The notes: a model not told the origin generated them from the letters alone. 64,000 nt of DNA from an uncultured Verrucomicrobiae bacterium (GCA_963764035.1 CAVXQV010000009.1:177939-241938), one strand, 5' to 3'. Counted from the first letter of the stretch, positions 10,740 through 21,375 are shown. Numbers and translations are program-made.

Positions 10740-11972
10740 ATGCTCAAAAGCCTGTTCAAATTTTTCTCGTCGCTCAAGCTGACGGTGACGTGCCTGGTGC
10801 TCGGCTGCATTCTGGTGTTCTGGGGCACGCTGGCGCAGGTGCATTTGGGATTGTTCAAGGCGCAGTCCGAATTCTTCCGCAGCTTCCTCATCTACTGGCC
10901 GCTGGACGGGACCGCGCCGCACATTCCCATTTTTCCCGGCGGCTATCTTCTCGGCACCGTCCTGCTCATCAATTTGCTGGCGGCGCACCTGCGCTATTAC
11001 CAGCCGGGCAAACGGAAAATCGGCATCGCGCTGATCCATCTCGGCGTCGTCCTGCTGCTGGTCGGGCAGATGCTCACGGATTTTCTGGCGCGGGAGAGCG
11101 CGCTGCACCTGCGCATCGGCGAGACGAAAAATTATTCCGAGGCCGACCGCGCCTACGAACTGGCCGTCATTGACACCACCGACAAGGATTCCGACAAGGT
11201 CGTCGCCATCCCGTGCCAGCGTGCTCGTCCGGCGCGGCACGGTGAGCCGATTCGGAAATGCCCTTCATCGTCAAGCGCCAAAACCTTTTACGCCAACTCC
11301 GATCTGGCGGAAACGAACGCGTCCGGCTTTGCGCCGGTCAAGACCACCGCCGGCGCCGGCTCGGACCTTTGGTGGCGCGAATTGCCGCGTGTAACCGCGA
11401 TGGACCGCGTGGACCTGCCGTCGGCCATCATCGAAATCGCCACGCCGCAGGGCAGCCTCGGCACCTTCCTCGTTTCGGCCATGCTGAACCAGCCGCAGGA
11501 ATTCACCTTCAATCATCGCACCTATGAAATGCTCCTGCGGCCGGAACGGTTTTACATGCCGTTCAGCCTGCACCTGATGGAATTTCACCACGACAAATAT
11601 CCCGGCACGGACATTCCCAAGAATTTTTCCAGCCGCGTCCGCCTGCAAAATCTGGACAGCGGCGAGGACCGCGAGGCGTTGATTTACATGAACAACCCGC
11701 TCCGCTACCAGGGCGAGACATTTTATCAGGCGAGCTACGACCCCGACGACGGCGGCAGCATTCTGCAGGTGGTGCATAATCCGGGCTGGCTCACGCCTTA
11801 TTTGGCGTGCGTGATGGTGGCCGTGGGATTGACGTGGCAGTTCCTTTCGCACTTGATTCCGTTTCTAAAACGGCGGATGGCTCCTCCCGGCGCCACCGCC
11901 ACCCCGCCGGCGGGACGCGCCGGCCAAAGCAGGGCAAACCACCGCCGAAACGCCGTTGGTTCCCGGAAATAG
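10740..11972 (+). CDS. resB: Cytochrome c biogenesis protein ResB/CcsB (System II)
   Basis: FFSSLKLTVTCL...GTLAQ; IHLG; LPFSLHLMEF-like...YPGTDIPKNFSS...IYMNNPLRYQGETFYQASY. Short compensated frameshift near 11215-11280. Confidence 0.85.
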   Translation: MLKSLFKFFSSLKLTVTCLVLGCILVFWGTLAQVHLGLFKAQSEFFRSFLIYWPLDGTAPHIPIFPGGYLLGTVLLINLLAAHLRYYQPGKRKIGIALIHLGVVLLLVGQMLTDFLARESALHLRIGETKNYSEADRAYELAVIDTTDKDSDKVVAIPCQRARPARHGEPIRKCPSSSSAKTFYANSDLAETNASGFAPVKTTAGAGSDLWWRELPRVTAMDRVDLPSAIIEIATPQGSLGTFLVSAMLNQPQEFTFNHRTYEMLLRPERFYMPFSLHLMEFHHDKYPGTDIPKNFSSRVRLQNLDSGEDREALIYMNNPLRYQGETFYQASYDPDDGGSILQVVHNPGWLTPYLACVMVAVGLTWQFLSHLIPFLKRRMAPPGATATPPAGRAGQSRANHRRNAVGSRK

Positions 11973-11982
11973 CGAGGTGTCT

Positions 11983-13863
11983 ATGAAAAAGTTCATTCCT
12001 TTGATTTTGGTTGCCGCGTTTGCGGCATGGGTGGTGGCTTCGCTCCATCAGCCGGCGGAAACCGGATTTGACACGCGCGCCTTCGGCAAATTGCCCGTGC
12101 TGATGGATGGCCGGTTCCAGCCGTTCGATTCCGTTGCGCGCAATTCCCTGCTCCAGATCCGCACCAAGCAGACCGTCCCGCTCGACAATGGCCAGACGCT
12201 GTCCGCCACCGGCTGGCTGCTCGAGGCGATGATGAAGCCGGAGCAGGCCGACGACCGGAAAATTTTCCGCATAGACAACGGCGAGGTGCTGGCCCTGCTC
12301 AAGCTGCCGGAAAAACAGGAATACTATTCTTTCAGCCAGCTCCGGCCGCAGGGGGATGAAATTGAGAAGCAGGCCGACCGCATCGGGCCGATTGACGCTT
12401 CCAAGCGCAGTGTTTTTGAGTCGCAGTTGATGAAGCTCTACGACCAGATGAACCTCTATCAGCGGCTCGAAATCAGTCTTCGACCGCCCGGCTCGGACGA
12501 TTTCGCGGCGGAACTGGACGCCTACCAGGAGAGCATCGCGCCGGGCATCGCCGCTGTGCAGGCCCGCGACGCCGGCAAGAAATTCGACGAGACGGCCATG
12601 AACAACCTCGTCGGCTTCATGGGCAATTACCAGACCGTCGCGCGTTTTGCCCTGCCGAACGTCATTCCGCCCACCGACGCCGGTCAGCCGCGCAACGACT
12701 GGCAGAACATCGGCACCAACCTCATGCAGAGCGCGCACACCGGCGAAATCTCCCAGCCCGCGCAATTTTATGCCGCCATGGTCACCGGCTACCGCTCCGG
12801 CTCGCCCGCGGACTTCAACCAGGCCGTCGCCGGCTACCGGGCCTGGCTCGGCGACCGTTTCGCGCCGCAGGTGAACAAGGCCCGCCAGGAATTTTTCTTC
12901 AACACCGTCCAGCCGTTTTACAAGGCGCTGGTGATCTACGTCGTGGCCCTGCTGCTGGCACTGTGCTCGTGGTTCAACATGTCCGACTGGCTGCGGCGCT
13001 CGGCGTTTTACCTCATCGGGCTGGCGTGGGTCATCCACACCTTTGGCCTCGTGCTCCGCATGTATCTTGAAGGCCGGCCGCCGGTGACAAATCTTTATTC
13101 CTCCGCCATCTTCATCGGCTGGGCGGCGGTCATCCTCGGCATGTTGCTGGAAAAAATCTACCGTGACGGCATCGGCTGCGTCGTGGCAGCCTCCGCCGGC
13201 TTCGTCACGCAAATCATCGCGCACAACCTCGCCATGAGCGGCGACACGATGGAAATGATGCGCGCCGTGCTCGACACCAATTTCTGGCTCGCCACCCATG
13301 TCGTTGCCGTCACGCTCGGTTACGCCTCGACCTTCGTCGCCGGATTCCTGGCCATCATTTACATCTTGCGCGGCATGTTCACCACCACGCTCACCGCGGA
13401 GACCGCCAGGACGTTGTCGCGGATGGTCTATGGCATCGTCTGCTTCGCCACGTTGTTCAGCTTCGTCGGCACGGTGCTGGGCGGCATCTGGGCCGACCAA
13501 TCCTGGGGCCGGTTCTGGGGCTGGGACCCGAAGGAAAACGGCGCGCTGCTCATCGTGCTCTGGAACGCGACCATCCTGCACGCCCGCTGGGGCGGCCTCG
13601 TGCGCGAACGCGGCCTGATGAACCTCGCCGTCATCGGCAACATCGTCACGAGCTGGTCGTGGTTTGGCGTGAACATGCTCGGCATCGGCCTGCACAGCTA
13701 CGGCTTCACCAACGCGGCATTCTTCTGGCTGTCGGGTTTCGTCGGCAGCCAAGTTTGCCTGATCCTTCTCGGCCTGCTCCCGCCGAAATTCTGGCGGAGC
13801 TTCCAGACCCAGTCAAAATCCGGCCTTCCCCAACCGCCGGCGGCGCGGCCCGCCACGATCTAA
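11983..13863 (+). CDS. ccsA: Cytochrome c biogenesis protein CcsA/ResC with large periplasmic N-terminal domain
   Basis: WWD signature GGIWADQSWGRFWGWDPKE, WLATHV, GLHSYG, GRPPVTNLY. Confidence 0.93.
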   Translation: MKKFIPLILVAAFAAWVVASLHQPAETGFDTRAFGKLPVLMDGRFQPFDSVARNSLLQIRTKQTVPLDNGQTLSATGWLLEAMMKPEQADDRKIFRIDNGEVLALLKLPEKQEYYSFSQLRPQGDEIEKQADRIGPIDASKRSVFESQLMKLYDQMNLYQRLEISLRPPGSDDFAAELDAYQESIAPGIAAVQARDAGKKFDETAMNNLVGFMGNYQTVARFALPNVIPPTDAGQPRNDWQNIGTNLMQSAHTGEISQPAQFYAAMVTGYRSGSPADFNQAVAGYRAWLGDRFAPQVNKARQEFFFNTVQPFYKALVIYVVALLLALCSWFNMSDWLRRSAFYLIGLAWVIHTFGLVLRMYLEGRPPVTNLYSSAIFIGWAAVILGMLLEKIYRDGIGCVVAASAGFVTQIIAHNLAMSGDTMEMMRAVLDTNFWLATHVVAVTLGYASTFVAGFLAIIYILRGMFTTTLTAETARTLSRMVYGIVCFATLFSFVGTVLGGIWADQSWGRFWGWDPKENGALLIVLWNATILHARWGGLVRERGLMNLAVIGNIVTSWSWFGVNMLGIGLHSYGFTNAAFFWLSGFVGSQVCLILLGLLPPKFWRSFQTQSKSGLPQPPAARPATI

Positions 13864-14011
13864 CAGGACTTTCCCGCAAGAATTTGGTCCTACCGGATTG
13901 GCCGACTGGCAGAAGCGCAACTCCTGCACCCAGAAATATATTGAAGTTGTCCGGTTCTGGATTAGAGTTGATTTCCTTTTCAACTTTAGACGTTTCAACA
14001 TTTTGGGTCGC

Positions 14012-17000
14012 ATGAGAAAATACAGGATTGTCCTGCTGGCTTTGCCTCTGGTGCTGGGCTGGCAACTGGCGTCTTTGGCGCAGGGACAAATGCCGGGGGT
14101 CGCTTTCACGGCGCTGGCGCAGTTCGACTTCACCAACAATGGCGCGAACCCTTATACCGCGCCGGTGCTGGGCGCGGACGGGAATTTATATGGCGTCTTG
14201 TATCATGGCGGCACCAACGGCATCGGTGCGATTTACAAAGTCACCACCAACGGTTTCCAAACCACGCTTTACACCTTCAAAACCAACTTCAACAAGTGGA
14301 ACGGGGCGAATCCCTACGGCTCGTTGGTGTCCGGCAGTGATGGAAATCTTTATGGCGTGGCCAACGGAGGGGGCACGAACAATCAGGGAACCATTTTTGA
14401 GCTCACGACCAATGGCCTGTTCACCGTGCTGTATTCTTTTGGGATGACGACCAACGCCCAGGGGTATGCCCTCGACGGATCGGGTCCCGTCGGCGGGATG
14501 GTCCAGGGGTGGGATGGAAATCTTTACGGCACCACCCTTAGCGGCGGCACCAACAATCTCGGCACCATCTTCCAATTCTCAACCAACGGGACGCTGACGA
14601 CATTGCATTCGTTTTCCGGCAATGGCGCGAATGATGATGGGGCTTCTCCCTACCTGGCGCCGCTGGTGGAAGGCGCGGACGGGGTCTTTTATGGCACCAC
14701 ATACGCCGGCGGCACGAATAACTACGGCACGATTTTTCGGGTCACCGCGGATGGCGCGTTCACGACTTTGTTTGAGTTTAACTACGCCGACGGCGAAGGT
14801 CCTTGGGCCGGGTTGAGCTTCGGGACGGACGGCGATCTTTATGGAACCACCTCGGATGGTGGCGCGAGCGGCTATGGCACGGTTTTCCAGATCACCACCA
14901 ACGGTGTCCTGACCACGGTGTTCAATTTCGGCGGGCCGGAACAACTCTACTACATTTACGGCGGGGTGGTTCCGGGCAACGACAACACTTTGTTCGGCAC
15001 AACTTATTATTACAGCACCAATTATTATGGCGCGGTGTTCCAACTGACCACGAACGGCCTGCTGACCATACTGCATGGATTCACGAACGGCGTTGACGGC
15101 GCGAATCCCTACGCCGGGGTCATGCGCGATGCCGGCGGCAATTTATATGGCGCGGCCTACTATGGCGGCACCAACGGGGACAACGGAACGGTTTATCGTT
15201 TGAGTTTTACGGCGCTGGCCTCAATCCTCTCGCCGCCGGCGAACGGGCTTTGGAGCGATGACGTTTTCACGGGCACGGCGAGCGACAACGCGCCCGGCGG
15301 CGCCATTACCAATGTGGCCTTTTCGTTCAACGGCGCGGCGTGGACGAATGCAACGACTTCGAACAGTTGGATCAACTGGACGGCTGGCGGCGCGCTCATT
15401 CCGGGCACGAACACCATCGCCGCCTATGCCGTGGACGCCCTTGGCAACGTGTCGCCGACGAACACCGTGAATTTTGTGTATGGCGCGACGCTCACGGTGA
15501 GCACCAATGGCGTGGGTTCCTTGAGCACGAACTACAACGGCGTCATGTTGCCGGTCGGCAACAGCTATGCCATCACCGCCACGCCGGGAACCGGTTTCGT
15601 GTTCACCAACTGGACGGGCGGAACGAATTTGCCGCTGGCGTGGCTGACCAATGGCACGACGGTCCGGTTTGTGATGAACCCGAACCTGATGTTGCAGGCC
15701 AACTTTCTGGACATCACCAAACCGACGTTGAGCATCACGAACGTGACGGCGGGGATGACCGTGAGCAACGCGGCCTTCACGGTCATGGGCAAGGCCGGCG
15801 ACAATTGGCAGGTGACCAATGTGTTTTGTTCGCTGAACGGCGGGGATTGGAACAACGGGACAACCACGAACAACTGGACCAACTGGTCGGCGGCGGTGAC
15901 GCTGGTTCCGGGCACCAACACGATTGCCGCCTACGCGGCGGACCCCGGCGGCAATCTCTCCCCGACCTCCAATGTCAGCCTGTTCTTTGTGGTGACCAAC
16001 CAACTGCGGATTGGCGCCATCGGTTTGGGAACGATTTCACCCAATTACAGCAATGCCTGGCTGCAAATTGGGAAAAGTTATTCCGTCACCGCCGCGCCGG
16101 GGAGCGGGTTTGTGTTCACCAACTGGACGGGCGGGACGAGCCTGCCGCTGGCGTGGTTGACCAATGGAACGACGGTGTCGTTCCTCATGCAATCCAACCT
16201 GATTTTGCAGGTCAACTTCGTGGACATCACCAAGCCGACGTTGAGCATCACGAACCTGATCGCCGGCCAGCGCGTGAGCAACGCGGTGTTCACCGTCCGG
16301 GGCACGGCCGGCGACAACTGGCAGGTCAGCAACGTGCTCTGCCAGATTGATGGCGGCGTCTGGAATTCGGCGACCAACATCAACAATTGGACGAATTGGG
16401 CCGCAGGCGTCACGCTCGTCCCCGGCACCAACACCGTGGCCGCCTACGCCGTGGACACCACCGGCAATCCGTCCCTCACCAACAGCGTGACCTTCCAATT
16501 TGTGGTCACCAATCTGCTGGGCGTCCGCGCGACGGGTTTGGGAACCCTTTCGCCCAATTACAGCAATGCCTGGCTGGAGGTCGGGCGCAATTACACCATG
16601 ACCGCCGCGCCCGGCAGCGGTTTCGTCGTCACGAACTGGGTCATCTCCACCAATTGGACCGATGGCCGGGTCACCAACGCTGCCGCGGTGGCGTTCATGA
16701 TGTCGTCGAACTTGACCTTGCAGGTGAACTTTTTGGACATCACCAAGCCGACCCTGACGGTTTCCTCGCCCACCGCCGGCCAGCACATGACCAACGCGCT
16801 CGCCAATCTGGCCGGCACCGCCAGCGACAACTGGAAGGTCACCGGCGTCTGGTATCAATTGAACAGCAACGCGTGGAACTTGGTGACGGGGACCACCAAC
16901 AATTACACCAACTGGACGCAGTTGGTGACGCTCCTGGCCGGCACCAACACCCTGAAGGTCTATGCGCTGGATTTGGGCGGGAATTATTCGGCCACCAACA

Positions 17001-17251
17001 GCATCAGCGTGGTGTCGAGCAACGCGTTCAAACTGCAACTGGCGTTTGCCACGGGCCAGCCGCTGGCCGGCAACGGCTTGAACTTCCTGCTTCAGGTTTC
17101 CACCAACGTGAACGGCCACATCCTGGTTTCGACCGATTTGTTGAACTGGACGACGCTGACCAATTTCATCGGCACCAATGCCACGCTCAATTTCCGCGAC
17201 GCCGCCGCCACGAATTACGATCAACGCTTCTATCGGGCCGTCACCCCGTGA
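14012..17251 (+). CDS. Secreted protein: GloVer (TIGR03803-type) repeats, repeated Ig-like stalk modules and C-terminal module
   Basis: Signal peptide MRKYRIVLLALPLVLG. About 7 repeats of GANPyg.Lv.g.DGnLYGt...GG....GTiF.lTtnG. Stalk motif GTA.DNWQV...W...TNW...L.PGTNT..AYAVD repeated 4 times. Confidence 0.85.
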   Translation: MRKYRIVLLALPLVLGWQLASLAQGQMPGVAFTALAQFDFTNNGANPYTAPVLGADGNLYGVLYHGGTNGIGAIYKVTTNGFQTTLYTFKTNFNKWNGANPYGSLVSGSDGNLYGVANGGGTNNQGTIFELTTNGLFTVLYSFGMTTNAQGYALDGSGPVGGMVQGWDGNLYGTTLSGGTNNLGTIFQFSTNGTLTTLHSFSGNGANDDGASPYLAPLVEGADGVFYGTTYAGGTNNYGTIFRVTADGAFTTLFEFNYADGEGPWAGLSFGTDGDLYGTTSDGGASGYGTVFQITTNGVLTTVFNFGGPEQLYYIYGGVVPGNDNTLFGTTYYYSTNYYGAVFQLTTNGLLTILHGFTNGVDGANPYAGVMRDAGGNLYGAAYYGGTNGDNGTVYRLSFTALASILSPPANGLWSDDVFTGTASDNAPGGAITNVAFSFNGAAWTNATTSNSWINWTAGGALIPGTNTIAAYAVDALGNVSPTNTVNFVYGATLTVSTNGVGSLSTNYNGVMLPVGNSYAITATPGTGFVFTNWTGGTNLPLAWLTNGTTVRFVMNPNLMLQANFLDITKPTLSITNVTAGMTVSNAAFTVMGKAGDNWQVTNVFCSLNGGDWNNGTTTNNWTNWSAAVTLVPGTNTIAAYAADPGGNLSPTSNVSLFFVVTNQLRIGAIGLGTISPNYSNAWLQIGKSYSVTAAPGSGFVFTNWTGGTSLPLAWLTNGTTVSFLMQSNLILQVNFVDITKPTLSITNLIAGQRVSNAVFTVRGTAGDNWQVSNVLCQIDGGVWNSATNINNWTNWAAGVTLVPGTNTVAAYAVDTTGNPSLTNSVTFQFVVTNLLGVRATGLGTLSPNYSNAWLEVGRNYTMTAAPGSGFVVTNWVISTNWTDGRVTNAAAVAFMMSSNLTLQVNFLDITKPTLTVSSPTAGQHMTNALANLAGTASDNWKVTGVWYQLNSNAWNLVTGTTNNYTNWTQLVTLLAGTNTLKVYALDLGGNYSATNSISVVSSNAFKLQLAFATGQPLAGNGLNFLLQVSTNVNGHILVSTDLLNWTTLTNFIGTNATLNFRDAAATNYDQRFYRAVTP

Positions 17252-17499
17252 ATCATCAAACGGCGGCGGGTGACACCGGCACCGGCGGCACTGGAAGCTG
17301 GTTCAGCTTGGCCGCCAGCGCACGTTGACAGAGCAAATCAATTAAAACATGGCCGTCAAAAATCATAAGGCTTAAAATAAAAGCGGTTTCTGTTTTCTAA
17401 GAGCCAGATCATGGCGTGTCCAGACTGATGCGCAATTTCAAATCAATTTTAGAAAAGGATTCAAGGCACTGATTCGTCAATCCCGTCAGTTTTAATTTC

Positions 17500-18006
17500 A
17501 TGGCTGAAGAAATTTTTGATGTCGTCAACGAGCGGGACGAGGTGATTGGCCAGGCACCACGGCGCGAGGTCCATGCGCGCAAGCTGTGGCATCGCGCGGT
17601 CCACGTGCTGGTGTTCAATTCGCGCGGCGAAGTGTTTCTCCAAAAGCGCTCGAGGCTCAAGGACACCGCCGCCGGTTTGTGGGACTCGTCGTCGTCCGGC
17701 CATCTGGATTCCGGCGAGGATTACGACGACTGTGCGGTGCGCGAGTTGCGCGAGGAAATCGGGTTGACGGCGGCGATGGCATCGCAGCCGCTGAAACGGC
17801 TGTTCAAGATTGGCGCCTGCGCGGAAACCGGCTGGGAATTTTGCTGGGTTTACCACTGCCGGAGCGAAGGGCCGTTTCAGTTGCATCCCGACGAAATCGA
17901 AACCGGTGACTGGTTCGCGCCGGGGAAAATTTCAAGCTGGGTCGCCGAACGTCCGCAGGATTTCGCCAGCGCCTTCCGGCTGGTCTGGAAAAGATTTAAC
18001 GGGTAG
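17500..18006 (+). CDS. NUDIX hydrolase / IPP isomerase type 1-like protein
   Basis: HRAVHVLVFN...LQKRS..KD...G.WDSSSSGHLDSGEDYDDCAVRELREEIG Nudix box. Confidence 0.88.
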   Translation: MAEEIFDVVNERDEVIGQAPRREVHARKLWHRAVHVLVFNSRGEVFLQKRSRLKDTAAGLWDSSSSGHLDSGEDYDDCAVRELREEIGLTAAMASQPLKRLFKIGACAETGWEFCWVYHCRSEGPFQLHPDEIETGDWFAPGKISSWVAERPQDFASAFRLVWKRFNG

Positions 18007-18120
18007 GGTGCGTCACTCCGGGCGCGCCGGCACACGACACTTCACGAGCGTTGCGCACGGATTGACGCGCCCCACCACGATCCGTCGTTTTGAATGGAGC
18101 CGCCCCACGCCGGCTGCTAC
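18002..18120. repeat. GTAG-type REP cluster
   Basis: ggtagggtgcgtcactccgggcgc ... gcgcacggattgacgcgccccacc inverted pair. gagccgccccacgccggctgctac (18097-18120) recurs as gagcctcctcacgccggctgccac at about 18926-18949. Confidence 0.6.
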
Positions 18121-18923
18121 GGTATTAAAAGAATTTCCGGGCGCAGTTGGCCGACGAATTGGCTGGGCATCCGCGGGTCAATCGAACCGGGCACGGGACT
18201 TTCCGGCCCGACGTGGCCGTCCGCAAAGGCGGCGTTGGCCATTTGCGAATGGCGGAAGTGGCCGTTGGGATAATTGTGCGGGTTGCCGTAATTCGTCTCC
18301 AAGTCCAGGTAATACCATTCCTTCAATTCCACCGCGGCTTGAAGAAAATCGTCCACGGACGCGGCGTCGGCAAACGAGGCGGTGTCCGCCGGGTGCAAAA
18401 GCCGGCTGGCGTTGACGCGTGGCTGGCTCGGATCGGGAAAGAGATAGCGGTTGCAGCCGTAACTGAAAATGGTGTTGGTGCCCTTGGGCTGGAATTGCGG
18501 ATTGACGTCGCGGTTCAACAGCGGACAAAGCCGCACGTCGCTGACACGCACATAGCGGAACAGCGCGCCGCGCGAGAGGTCAAACGCGCGCTGGCCGTCG
18601 GTGCCGCTGGCGAGCCAGCCGAACCACCAGGATTTGCCGAGCAAATTGGCGCTGGTCCAAAGCGGAAAACCGTCACCGCCGTTGTCGTTCCAGTATAATT
18701 CCACGGCCAGGCCCAGTTGCCGCAAATTGCCCTCGCAGGCGGCGCGTTGCGCGGCGGCCCGGGAGCGCGCCAGGACCGGCAGCAACAGCGCCGACAAAAT
18801 GCCGATGATGGCGATGACCACCAGCAGTTCAACCAAGGTGAAGGCGTTTTGATTTCGTGGCCGCCGACGTGGGAAGGGCCCAATTCGACATCGCAAATCG
18901 CAAATCGCAAAACGTAAATTCAT
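18117..18923 (-). CDS. Prepilin-type N-terminal methylation / H-X9-DG (DUF1559-like) protein
   Basis: [25 protein letters not shown]...[10 protein letters not shown] at the N-terminus and [15 protein letters not shown] at the C-terminus. Start approximate. Confidence 0.9.
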   Translation of the reverse strand: MNLRFAICDLRCRIGPFPRRRPRNQNAFTLVELLVVIAIIGILSALLLPVLARSRAAAQRAACEGNLRQLGLAVELYWNDNGGDGFPLWTSANLLGKSWWFGWLASGTDGQRAFDLSRGALFRYVRVSDVRLCPLLNRDVNPQFQPKGTNTIFSYGCNRYLFPDPSQPRVNASRLLHPADTASFADAASVDDFLQAAVELKEWYYLDLETNYGNPHNYPNGHFRHSQMANAAFADGHVGPESPVPGSIDPRMPSQFVGQLRPEILLIP

Positions 18924-18958
18924 CAGAGCCTCCTCACGCCGGCTGCCACGACAGGGAT

Positions 18959-19933
18959 TCAGGGCTGTTCGGCGCTCACACGATAAAAGGCATTCACCAA
19001 AGGCGGATTGGTGTCGGACAAAATCAGTTCCGTGTTGTTGCCGGGAATTCCCGAAACGACGTTGGTCCAGTTTTTCAAATCGGACGAGAGTTGGAGCGAA
19101 TACAGCCAGTTGCTGCAACTCAAAAATTGCGCCTGCCACTGGCCGCCTTGAAATCCGCCGGCGAGATTCCTGACAAGCGCGGTGATGCCGGCGTCGGGCG
19201 GCGCGGGCGCGTGTTTGTGGGCGTTGTAAGGCGCGGAGAGGTCAAACTCAAATTCACCGGCAGCCTCCGAGAAACCAATCCATGAACCGTTCGTCAGTGG
19301 CAGGCTGCTCAATCCGGCCTGCGCGAATTCCCATTCGCCGTGATAGCCGGACGACGCGTAAAGGGGGTCCGTCGTGGTCCAATAGGCATTGGTGCCGCGG
19401 TCGGGAGAATTGAAATAGCCGCCGGCGTCGCCGAGTTCATTCCACGTTTCCCAGTTCGGGCCGTTAAAACCGCTCCAAAACAAATCGCCGGGATTCAAAG
19501 GCGCCGCCGCGTCCACGTCCACGGTAACATTGGTCTGAAAACCGTTGGGGAAGAAATTCGTAGTGCTGCCATCGGTGACGCCAAGGTCGCCGCCGCCGAG
19601 ATGGAAGCCGATGCCATAGATGCCGAGACCATAACGCGGATCAACCACCTCAAGCGCGTAGAGCCGCGAATCCGCCGCCACAATGGCCTCGAACATTTGC
19701 GCGGCCGTGGCCGGGCCGTTGAAGCGGTAACCCCAGACCAGCGATTTGTCCGCGATGGGCGCGGGAACGGTGGAGTAGAGGCGCGATTCCGGCGTGCTCC
19801 ACTCAATCACCAAGCCGGCCCGGTTGGTGCCGGAGCCGGTCCAGAATTGAATGCCATCCAGGGAAACCGCGGACGTTTTTGTGACGAGAAACAGGCCGGC
19901 CAGCGCCAGCGAAACGATCAATGTTTTTTTCAT
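18959..19933 (-). CDS. Secreted/surface protein, first gene under the cobalamin riboswitch
   Basis: Signal peptide. [18 protein letters not shown]...LVWGYRF domain. C-terminal module [12 protein letters not shown]...AFYRV. Confidence 0.8.
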   Translation of the reverse strand: MKKTLIVSLALAGLFLVTKTSAVSLDGIQFWTGSGTNRAGLVIEWSTPESRLYSTVPAPIADKSLVWGYRFNGPATAAQMFEAIVAADSRLYALEVVDPRYGLGIYGIGFHLGGGDLGVTDGSTTNFFPNGFQTNVTVDVDAAAPLNPGDLFWSGFNGPNWETWNELGDAGGYFNSPDRGTNAYWTTTDPLYASSGYHGEWEFAQAGLSSLPLTNGSWIGFSEAAGEFEFDLSAPYNAHKHAPAPPDAGITALVRNLAGGFQGGQWQAQFLSCSNWLYSLQLSSDLKNWTNVVSGIPGNNTELILSDTNPPLVNAFYRVSAEQP

Positions 19934-20010
19934 GCCTGATCTTTCAATTTGGCCCGCGCAAGAAATCGCGGGCCGGTTTTTGGTTGAGAGACCAGGGCGG
20001 AATTGAATTG

Positions 20011-20073
20011 TCCTCGTTCTCGTCCTTTGTGCTCGTCCTCAATTACGATTACGAGGACGACGACGAGGACGAC
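20011..20073. repeat. (TCGTCC)n/(GGACGA)n inverted hexamer element
   Basis: tcctcgttctcgtcc...ctcgtcctc ... gaggacgacgacgaggacgac. Second copy at 23226..23298. Confidence 0.65.
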
Positions 20074-20205
20074 AGAAACAAAAAACGCCTTCAATTCCGC
20101 AAAACGGAGAATGAAAGCATCCAGCGCATCCAATCGAAAACCGTCCGATCGGCCGGCCTCATCCTTCTCTTTGCGGAGAAGTGCCCCGAAACGTGGGGCC
20201 GACGA

Positions 20206-20343
20206 GCGCAATCAAACCGGTATCCTGACTTGGGCCTCAAACCTCATTCCGCCTTCCCGTTGCCGGTGGCTGTGGAATTTGTAGCCGTCACAGTGGCGCA
20301 ACCGTCCCGGATTCACACCGGGTTCCCAGACATTTGACTGCGT
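20206..20343 (-). promoter_or_regulatory. Cobalamin (B12) riboswitch
   Basis: Minus strand reads gcagtcaaa...GGGAAcccggtgtgAAtCCggg...gCGCCACTGTga...GCCACcgg...GGGAAGGc...AAGTCAGGAtacc...tttgattgc. This carries B12-box motifs and P1 complementarity. Confidence 0.85.
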
Positions 20344-20441
20344 TGTTTCAAAGAACGGCTCCTTTCTACGACAAAAAGCCATTCCTGCCAAGAATGTTCT
20401 GGGAAAAGTTTTCCACGAGCTGCAAACCAAATTTGGGGAGC

Positions 20442-20479
20442 TTTCATGAACACCGGGCTGAAGCCCGGTGTTCATGAAA
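20442..20479. repeat. Perfect palindrome with 18-bp arms (REP-like)
   Basis: tttcatgaacaccgggct-ga-agcccggtgttcatgaaa. Confidence 0.7.
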
Positions 20480-20607
20480 TTTCTCGTTCTCCCGGAACAT
20501 GTTTTACGCCCTGCTGCGCGCGGGGCAAAATCCATCTGCAAACTTTACCTCCAGCCACGCTTGCTGGTAGTTTGGCCGCGCGGCAAAATCACAATCCGCA
20601 TTTGCGC

Positions 20608-21375
20608 ATGGTCCAGGTTGATGGCCTCACCAAACTTTACGGCGAATTCACCGCCGTGAACGAATTGTCCTTTTCCCTCCAGCCCGGCGAAGTGGTCGGC
20701 CTCGTCGGCCCGAACGGCGCGGGCAAGACCACCACGCTGCGCTGCCTGGCTGGAATCATCCCGCCGTCGCGCGGCACCGTGCGCGTCGCCGGCCACGACA
20801 TCGCCCGCGAACCGGTTGAGGCCAAGAAACAGCTCGCCTTTTTCACCGACGAACCGCGCCTGTTCGATTACCTCACCGTCTGGCAGCACCTGAATTTTGT
20901 CGCGCGGATTTATCAGGTCGCCGATTGGGAAAGAACCGGCGGTGAATTGCTGTCAGAACTTGAACTGGCCAGCAAGCGCGACGCGCTGCCCGGTGAACTC
21001 TCGCGCGGCATGAAGCAAAAACTCGCCATCGCCTGCGGCCTGCTGCACTCGCCGCGCGTGATTTATTTCGACGAACCGCTCACCGGCCTCGATCCCATCG
21101 GCATCCGGCGGATGAAGGATTCCATCCTGAAACGCGCCCGCGGCGGCGCGGCCATCATCATCAGCTCGCACCTGTTGCACCTGGTCGAGGAAATCTGCAC
21201 GCGCATCCTGATTTTGAAAAATGGCCGGAAAATTGCCGACGGCACGCTCGCCGAAATCACGCAACGGTTTTCCGAGTCATCCGGCGACGCCAGCCTGGAG
21301 GAAATTTTCTTCCGTGCCACCAGCGAAACCGGAGCGCCCGCCACGCCGCCGGTGCTGCCGCTGGAACCCAAATGA
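20608..21375 (+). CDS. ABC transporter ATP-binding protein (ABC-2 type)
   Basis: Walker A GPNGAGKTT, signature LSRGMKQK, Walker B IYFDEP, H-loop SSH. Confidence 0.93.
   Translation: MVQVDGLTKLYGEFTAVNELSFSLQPGEVVGLVGPNGAGKTTTLRCLAGIIPPSRGTVRVAGHDIAREPVEAKKQLAFFTDEPRLFDYLTVWQHLNFVARIYQVADWERTGGELLSELELASKRDALPGELSRGMKQKLAIACGLLHSPRVIYFDEPLTGLDPIGIRRMKDSILKRARGGAAIIISSHLLHLVEEICTRILILKNGRKIADGTLAEITQRFSESSGDASLEEIFFRATSETGAPATPPVLPLEPK

Noticed and set aside
11791..13752. Long antisense ORFs (also 16037..17224, 23370..24479, 34652..36007, 43082..44518, 49477..50871, 50628..52976)
   Set aside because: They are shadows of well-supported genes on the opposite strand in GC-rich DNA, with no recognisable motifs.
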